64,000 nucleotides of DNA from Bacillota bacterium (GTDB lineage: Bacteria; Bacillota; Sulfobacillia; UBA995): assembly GCA_035477115.1 (NCBI GenBank), contig DATIKW010000041.1, forward strand, positions 1,781-65,780, read 5' to 3'. The number at the start of each line of letters is the position of its first letter. Positions within the stretch are counted from its first letter, which is position 1. Both the position numbers and the translations under genes were made by a program. The notes beneath the pieces are model-generated. The model saw only the letters and a list, made by a program, of their open reading frames with translations, did not search any database and was not told the DNA's origin. Below, in pieces: positions 58,439 through 64,000 of this stretch.

Positions 58439-59128
58439 ATGCAAGTCCTCCTGGTCATCGGCAGGACCTTCCTGATGTACGGGCTGGTGCTCGTGGTCAT
58501 GAGGACCATGGGCAAGCGGGAACTGGGACAGATTTCGCCCTTCGACCTGGTGGTCGCGGTGATGATCGCCGAGTTGGCGGCCATACCCCTGGAACGAGTC
58601 GATGCCCCTCTCCTCCCAGGGATGATCGCCATCCTCACCTTGGCGGGACTGGAGATCCTGCTGGCCAGAACGTCGCTCGCCGGCATCGCCGCGCGGCGGA
58701 TCATCTCCGGAAGGCCGAGCCTGATCATCGCCCGGGGAAAACTGGTCGAGGAGGAGATGCGGAGACTCAACTACAACCTCGACGACCTCCTGGCGCAGCT
58801 AAGGCGGAAAGGGCACTTCGGTCCGGCGGAGGTTGAATGGGCCGTACTGGAGTGTTCGGGGGACCTTTCGATCATCCCGGTCGGCAACCAGCGGCCGGTG
58901 GTCACGGGTGATCTGGGCGTGACCACCGGGGATGAGCGGCTTCCCCGCGCCCTCATCCTGGACGGGGAACTCGATCGGGAGGCGTTGGCGGCCACGGGGT
59001 TGACTGAGAAGCAACTGCTGGCTGAGGTGAAGCGGAAAGGGGCAAAGGACATGCGAGGCGTCCTGTTCGCCGGCACCGACCGTCAGGGCGAGCTGTATGT
59101 GCAGCCGAAAGCCCACCGCCGCCGTTAG
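58439..59128 (+). CDS. DUF421 (YetF/YdfS-like) membrane protein
   Basis: MYGLVLVVMRTMGKRELGQISPFDLVVAVMIAELAA is the DUF421 N-terminal consensus. ATG 58439 follows GGGGGAGG. Confidence 0.7.
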   Translation: MQVLLVIGRTFLMYGLVLVVMRTMGKRELGQISPFDLVVAVMIAELAAIPLERVDAPLLPGMIAILTLAGLEILLARTSLAGIAARRIISGRPSLIIARGKLVEEEMRRLNYNLDDLLAQLRRKGHFGPAEVEWAVLECSGDLSIIPVGNQRPVVTGDLGVTTGDERLPRALILDGELDREALAATGLTEKQLLAEVKRKGAKDMRGVLFAGTDRQGELYVQPKAHRRR

Positions 59129-59224
59129 CCGCGGCAGCCCCTAAACCACCCGCCCTTCCCTGCCGATAGGGGTAGAGGGGACCGCCCCAGGCGGCTCCCC
59201 GGGGGCAGTGGCGGAGGTGTCACC

Positions 59225-59947
59225 TTGGGCCTGATGCGAGGGACATATCTGGCCGAGATTGGCCGGCTGGCCGGCGTAGGTGAGGCACGCCTGGCAGGGC
59301 GTTGGGCGAAGCCGGCGCAGCCCGATGCGCAATCACTCTGCCACGGGTTGCTGGAACCCGTACTCTCGCTCATCGATGGGCAGGAATGCCATTTCCCCGG
59401 CCATGCTATCCGGGTCGCCGCACTGGCCGATAACCTGGCCCGCCGCCGGGGACTTGGACCTCGCCGGCGATTCCATCTCCGACTGGCCAGCCTCATCCAC
59501 GACCTCGGCAAGGCCGCCGTACCGGCGAGCGTCCTCGCCAAGCCGGCTCCGCTAACGGCTGATGAGAGGCAGCTTGTCCAGCAGCACCCGGTCCTTTCCG
59601 CCGCCATAGCCGGCCTGATCACTGACAGTCGCGACGTCGTGGAAGCCGTCCTGCATCATCACGAGTGGTGGGACGGGACCGGCTATCCTCATGGGCTGCG
59701 CGGGGAAGAAATCCCCCTGCTGGCCCGCATCCTCTGCCTCGTGGACAGCTATGACGCCATGACTTGCGACCGGCCCTATCGCGGGTCCCTGACCACCGAG
59801 GAAACCCAAGCGGAGCTTGCCCGGGGAGCCGGCACCCAGTTTGAGCCACGGCTGGTAAGGCTATTCCTCGCAGTCATGGCGGGGGCGGGTTCTGAACCCG
59901 CCCCGAAGGTCGATGTCCATCCGCGTCCGCTGCTCATCCGGCACTGA
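59225..59947 (+). CDS. HD-GYP domain phosphohydrolase (putative c-di-GMP phosphodiesterase). Its 3-prime end contains a REP-like hairpin.
   Basis: The HDLGK..HHEWWDGTGYP motifs are present. Codons for ..AGAGSEPAPKV.. are encoded by the palindrome at 59881-59905. Confidence 0.75.
   Translation: MGLMRGTYLAEIGRLAGVGEARLAGRWAKPAQPDAQSLCHGLLEPVLSLIDGQECHFPGHAIRVAALADNLARRRGLGPRRRFHLRLASLIHDLGKAAVPASVLAKPAPLTADERQLVQQHPVLSAAIAGLITDSRDVVEAVLHHHEWWDGTGYPHGLRGEEIPLLARILCLVDSYDAMTCDRPYRGSLTTEETQAELARGAGTQFEPRLVRLFLAVMAGAGSEPAPKVDVHPRPLLIRH
59881..59905. repeat. REP-like palindrome (copy G, GGGGGCGGGTTCTGAACCCGCCCCG) inside the HD-GYP coding region
   Basis: Same core as copies B, C, E and F, with 1-2 substitutions. 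Confidence 0.6.
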
Positions 59948-61268
59948 AGGTGACCCGTTCCTCCCTCGGCTCCCGATCGGTTGCCAGGCGGCGCTGAAGC
60001 TCCGCCGCGGCGAGGACCTCCACCCGATCCGGCTCGTATCCCAGCGTACCCCTTACCAGCCGCCGCAATTCGGCGTCCATCCGCTCCGGGTCCGCCCCCG
60101 GGTCGGCCGGCGAGGCGGCAACCGTCAGTTTCCCCTCCGCCAAGGCGAGTTGCCATAGCCCGACCACCTCGCAGGCATCAAGCGCTTGGCGCAGACCGGC
60201 GACGGGGATTTCTCGCGCCGGGTAGACCAGAGGGCCCAGTCGAGGGACTCGCGTGCCGCAGCCGGGGCAGGGGGTGGTCGTGATGCCGCCCTCCACGATG
60301 TCGCCCGTGCGGTAGCGCAAGAGGAAGGTGGCCCGCGCGTCGAGATGGGTGAGGACGAGTTCTCCGGTCTCTCCTTCTCCCCGGCGCTCTCCGGTAACCG
60401 GGTCGACGATCTCCAGGAACTCGAAGTCAGGGTAGGTATGGTAACCATGGCCGCCGCGGCACTCCGCCCAACCGGCCTTCGCCTCGGTCAGGAGGTAGAC
60501 GCCGTGGACGGCCTCGGGAAGGGCCGGCGCACCCACGGCGGCCAGCGCTTCACTCAAACGCCGGCGCGTGCCGGCCGTGGCCGGCTCGCCCGTGATCAAC
60601 ACCCGCTCCAGCTTCTCCAGCCGGACCCCCTGTCGTGCGCCCACGTTCAAGGCGTAGGTGAGGAAGTTGGGGCACCCGACCAGGGTAGCGGCCCGGGTAT
60701 TGGCCAGGGCCGTCAGCGTCTTGTCCACATCCATCACCCGCGGGCCGCCCGTCTGGACGGCGGTGATGCCCTGATCGAGCGTCGCCGCCGCGATCTGCCA
60801 GAAGGACAGATACGGTCCGTACGGTACGGCGTTGACGAGGGGGCGTTCCCCGTTGACCCCGGCAATCTGGAACAGGCGACGGCCGGCCGCTGCCGTCTGC
60901 TCGAGATCATGACGGCTATAGAAGATCGGCGTGAGGGGAGTGGTCCGGCCTCCGGCGAAGAATGCTTGAACGGGGCGAGTCTTGTCGGTTGCAGTAGCCC
61001 CGCCCGCATCCCGTTCCAGGCAGAACAGGAATGGGTCGCTTTCTTGCCGGCAAAGCTGCGCCACCGCCGCTCGGTCGGTGAAGGGCAGTCGAGCGAGGTG
61101 GTCGGTACGGGACAGATCGTCCGGCCCCAGTCCGGCCTGCTGCATCAGCCGGCGGTAATGGCGGTGATGGGGGTATACGAGTTCCCGGACGGCGCGGGCC
61201 AGGGCACGATCCTGCATCGTCCGGATTTCCGCAGGGTTCATCCTGCGAAGTTTGGCATAGTCCAACAC
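59934..61268 (-). CDS. Phenylacetate-CoA ligase-family / coenzyme F390 synthetase-like adenylating enzyme, paralog 1
   Basis: PaaK-like fold markers include YRTGD and a C-terminal CPGCG motif. Confidence 0.75.
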   Translation of the reverse strand: MLDYAKLRRMNPAEIRTMQDRALARAVRELVYPHHRHYRRLMQQAGLGPDDLSRTDHLARLPFTDRAAVAQLCRQESDPFLFCLERDAGGATATDKTRPVQAFFAGGRTTPLTPIFYSRHDLEQTAAAGRRLFQIAGVNGERPLVNAVPYGPYLSFWQIAAATLDQGITAVQTGGPRVMDVDKTLTALANTRAATLVGCPNFLTYALNVGARQGVRLEKLERVLITGEPATAGTRRRLSEALAAVGAPALPEAVHGVYLLTEAKAGWAECRGGHGYHTYPDFEFLEIVDPVTGERRGEGETGELVLTHLDARATFLLRYRTGDIVEGGITTTPCPGCGTRVPRLGPLVYPAREIPVAGLRQALDACEVVGLWQLALAEGKLTVAASPADPGADPERMDAELRRLVRGTLGYEPDRVEVLAAAELQRRLATDREPREERVTFSAG

Positions 61269-61295
61269 GTCCTGTGATCCTCCCCCGCGGCCGGG

Positions 61296-62762
61296 TTACA
61301 CCCGCGGCCGGTTATCGACAATGCGCTTTTCTTTGAGTTCCGTTTCCATGCCCAGTCGGCTGAGCATCTCCGGCATGGCGGTCAGCAGGATGTCCGTGGG
61401 CGCAACCTCCGTCTCGCGCAAGACCCGCTCGCGCAGGTCCGCCTTGAGCGATTCCACGTTGACTTCTGGCCTTGGGACCACTCGCAGATAAATCTCATCG
61501 AGGTCATAGGGGTCGTCATTGCGCTTTCGGAGTTCCACTTGCCATTCCAGCAGGTCGGGATGACCCATCAGTAGCGGGAAGAAGTTGTTCAGGTTCACGA
61601 GCGTCCCTTTGATCTTGGTGAGGGCGAACTCTCTGAACTCGGAACGTCGCTGGATATTGGCGCTTATGCGGGGGACGGTGCGGCCGCAGTTGGGGCAAGG
61701 ACGGTAGGTGATGCCGCCGGCGGCGATGTCTCCCGTCCGGTAACGCAAGACGCAGGTTCCCCGCCAGTCAAGGGCGGTGTAGACGATCTCCCCGCTCTCT
61801 CCTTCGCCCACCGGTCTGCCGGTGTCAGGGTCCACGGCCTCGATGATTTCCAGGTCGGGGTAGGTGTGATAGCCGTGGGACTCTTCCGCCGGGCACTCGG
61901 CCCAGGCGAGGCGGCTCTCGGTACAGGCATAGGTAGCCAGCACATTGACGTGCCCCGCCCCCAGCTTGCCGAGGGCTTCGCGGACCTTCTCCTTCAGCCC
62001 CGGCGGCACGCGTTCCCCCCCGAAGAGCACGAGTCGCACATGGCGGAAGTCCCTTCCCTGGCGCACTGCTTCCCGGAGGAAGAAGTAAGCGTAGCCGGGT
62101 ATGAATACCAGCACGGTCGCGCCCAAGGTCTCCACCGCGTCCATCAGGTTCGGGGTGCCCATGATCTTGCCGCCGCCCGAATGCAGGACCAGGCTGCCCT
62201 GAGCCTCGGCCGCGAAGTAGGTCTGCCAGAAGGCGAGGTGGGGCGCATAGGGGAAAGCATTGACCACCCTATCTTGCGGTTGCAGACCGAACACATTGAG
62301 CAGCCGGTAGCCACCTTCGCGGATGAACCCGAGATCGCGGGCCGAATACACGAAGGGGGTGGGGCGGGCGGTGCGTCCGGTCGTGAAGTGAATGTGTACC
62401 GGGCGGTACTCCGCCACCCTTTCCGCCACCACCGTCTTGCCGGCATACATCGACAGCTTGGCCAGATGCCCGTAACGCTCGGTCACCGTCTCGTCGGGTC
62501 GGACCACGAAGTCCTTGTGGCGCTCGGGCTCCTGGTCGGTCGGCGCGACGTCCTCCTTGAAGGTGAAGGGTAGTTTGGCCAGATCGTCCACGGTCTGGAT
62601 GGAGTAGGGGTCGATGTCGTGCTGGCGGAATATGCGCTGGTAGTAGGGGCTATAGGGGTAGATCTGCGTGCGGATGAAAGCGCGAAGCTTGCGATCCTGC
62701 ATGTTCCGGATCCGATCCGCCGACATGCGGCACAGTGCCTGCCAGTTCTCCAAGCGGTTCAC
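61296..62762 (-). CDS. Phenylacetate-CoA ligase-family / F390 synthetase-like adenylating enzyme, paralog 2
   Basis: Collinear with paralog 1 (GYHTYPD, RYRTGD, CPNCG). Confidence 0.75.
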   Translation of the reverse strand: MNRLENWQALCRMSADRIRNMQDRKLRAFIRTQIYPYSPYYQRIFRQHDIDPYSIQTVDDLAKLPFTFKEDVAPTDQEPERHKDFVVRPDETVTERYGHLAKLSMYAGKTVVAERVAEYRPVHIHFTTGRTARPTPFVYSARDLGFIREGGYRLLNVFGLQPQDRVVNAFPYAPHLAFWQTYFAAEAQGSLVLHSGGGKIMGTPNLMDAVETLGATVLVFIPGYAYFFLREAVRQGRDFRHVRLVLFGGERVPPGLKEKVREALGKLGAGHVNVLATYACTESRLAWAECPAEESHGYHTYPDLEIIEAVDPDTGRPVGEGESGEIVYTALDWRGTCVLRYRTGDIAAGGITYRPCPNCGRTVPRISANIQRRSEFREFALTKIKGTLVNLNNFFPLLMGHPDLLEWQVELRKRNDDPYDLDEIYLRVVPRPEVNVESLKADLRERVLRETEVAPTDILLTAMPEMLSRLGMETELKEKRIVDNRPRV

Positions 62763-62770
62763 CCCATCAT

Positions 62771-62800
62771 GGGGGGGCGGACCGCCGCTGGCCCGCCCCC
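62771..62800 (-). terminator. GC-rich stem-loop (GGGGGCGG..CCGCCCCC) after the symporter gene
   Basis: An 8-bp G/C stem lies 20 nt downstream of the minus-strand symporter stop. Confidence 0.3.
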
Positions 62801-62819
62801 GCGCGAGATCAGTCGCCCG

Positions 62820-64000
62820 TTACTTGGGAAATACCCCGTACAAGGTGAAAACCGACAGCGCGATCAATGCCGAGAAGGCGACGACGAGGATCGGGAAGGC
62901 CTTGCCCTGGTAACGCTCTTCGCGGTAGTCGGGCCAGCCGTGCATGGCGTCTACCTGCTGGCGGGCCGCCAGGGGCGGCGCCGGGGTCAGCCAGGATACG
63001 ACGACCATCGCGGCAAAGCAAAGGGGCACCGTCCAGGCCATGAGCTTGACCCATCCCATCGGGCCGTAGAGGAACCGGGATATCGCCGTGGCCGGTATTC
63101 CCAGGACCTCGATGACGACATACGGGATGAAGCTGGCCAGGAAACCCAGGATCATGGCGGTCGCCGCCCCTTCCCGGGTGGCCCGCTTCCACCAGATGCC
63201 CAGCACGATGGGCACGCCCAGGCTGGCGGCGGCGATGCCGAAGGCCCACATGATCGTCACCAGGATGAATTCCGGCGGCCGGATGGATAGCAGCGTGGAC
63301 ACCACGCCCACGCCGAACATGGTCCAGATGCTCAGGGTGAGCTTGCGGTCGTCGCTGATGCCGGGTCGAATCACCGAGTACAGGTCATGTACCAGGCCGG
63401 TGCCCATGATCATGAGCAGCCCGGCCACCGTGGACAGCGCCGCCGCCAGCGCCCCCGCCACCGTGAATGCCAGCATCCAGTTGTTGGTGAGGGCCTGGGT
63501 GAGGATGAACACCAGCTTGTCGGCGTCGACCGGCGCGATCTGCACCCCCCGGGTCGCGACGTAGTACACCCCGGCGAAGCCCATGGCATAGGCGGAGGTG
63601 TTCACCAGCCCGACCAGGAAGGCGCATATCACGGTGCTCCAGCGGGCGTCGCGGGCGTCGCGGACCGTGAAGTAGCGCATGACGAAGTGAGGCAGGCCGA
63701 TGATGCCGAAGGCCGACCCCAGGAACACGGCTATGTACCAGCTAGGATGCACGACGAACGGGAAGAAGAAGTGAGGGGTCATGCGGATCATGTCGGGGAC
63801 GGCGACGCCATACCCCAGCGGCGGGAACCACCAGCCGGTCACGCCGAGCTGGCGGAGGATCGCCATCAGCGGCACGATGAAGGCGAGGGTCAGCACGATG
63901 GACTGGAAAGTCTGGTTGTAGGTGACCCCGTACATGCCGCCGATGGTGACGTACAAGGTCACTACCAGCCCGCCGATCATCACGCCCCAGATCCCGGGGA
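62820..64000 (-). CDS. Sodium:solute symporter family transporter. The N-terminus runs off the window end.
   Basis: SSF-type TM topology. The reading frame stays open through position 64000 (..PGIWGVMIGG..). Confidence 0.8.
   Translation of the reverse strand, partial: PGIWGVMIGGLVVTLYVTIGGMYGVTYNQTFQSIVLTLAFIVPLMAILRQLGVTGWWFPPLGYGVAVPDMIRMTPHFFFPFVVHPSWYIAVFLGSAFGIIGLPHFVMRYFTVRDARDARWSTVICAFLVGLVNTSAYAMGFAGVYYVATRGVQIAPVDADKLVFILTQALTNNWMLAFTVAGALAAALSTVAGLLMIMGTGLVHDLYSVIRPGISDDRKLTLSIWTMFGVGVVSTLLSIRPPEFILVTIMWAFGIAAASLGVPIVLGIWWKRATREGAATAMILGFLASFIPYVVIEVLGIPATAISRFLYGPMGWVKLMAWTVPLCFAAMVVVSWLTPAPPLAARQQVDAMHGWPDYREERYQGKAFPILVVAFSALIALSVFTLYGVFPK

Noticed and set aside
1-64000. CRISPR arrays, rRNA, tRNA, integrase or transposase genes
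   Set aside because: I found no regularly spaced direct repeats of 25-40 bp with unique spacers. I found no rRNA-like or cloverleaf-capable segments. No recombinase domains appeared in any frame I inspected.

Overview
This is a high-GC (~68-70%) bacterial chromosome segment. Wood-Ljungdahl genes sit beside SLH and LysM-anchored GH18 hydrolases and a spore-associated DUF421 protein. That mix suggests an anaerobic, probably thermophilic, Firmicutes-like organism of the Symbiobacterium, Thermaerobacter or Limnochordia type. I did not test this guess.

What the window holds, in order:

1. Carbonyl branch (1.6-8.9 kb). acsE, the small CFeSP subunit, cdhA with an inserted 2x[4Fe-4S] ferredoxin domain, cdhB (epsilon), cdhC and the large CFeSP subunit sit tightly packed with strong RBSs. 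This is an archaeal-type acetyl-CoA decarbonylase/synthase in a bacterial context.
2. Related redox genes. A Cys-rich hypothetical protein sits in an operon with 2-oxoacid:ferredoxin oxidoreductase korA/korB. A NuoE/NuoF/FdhA-type NAD(P)-linked formate dehydrogenase is on the minus strand; its NuoF-like subunit is probably of the electron-bifurcating type.
3. Peptide and D-amino-acid catabolism. These genes are a partial D-aminoacylase, two paralogous S12 (beta-lactamase-fold) serine hydrolases, an M19 dipeptidase, an M28 peptidase and an S8 subtilisin. A lower-GC island (23.9-29.8 kb) carries a peptide ABC binding protein and two permeases but no ATPase genes, plus an S9 peptidase. A WYL-domain regulator lies next to a nagB interrupted by an in-frame TAG.
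4. Other genes are trpS, cysS, fabI, thiI and nifS/iscS, a HepT/MNT toxin-antitoxin pair, two divergent GH18 paralogs (LysM versus SLH), two tandem PaaK/F390-synthetase-like ligases, an HD-GYP protein and a partial Na+/solute symporter.
5. Repeats. A GC-rich near-palindromic hairpin family recurs seven times; five copies also carry a conserved upstream module. A second lower-GC islet (9.1-10.4 kb) has four ~24-bp tandem repeats, a DUF2283 gene and a decayed HicB-like remnant.

I found no rRNA, tRNA or CRISPR array.
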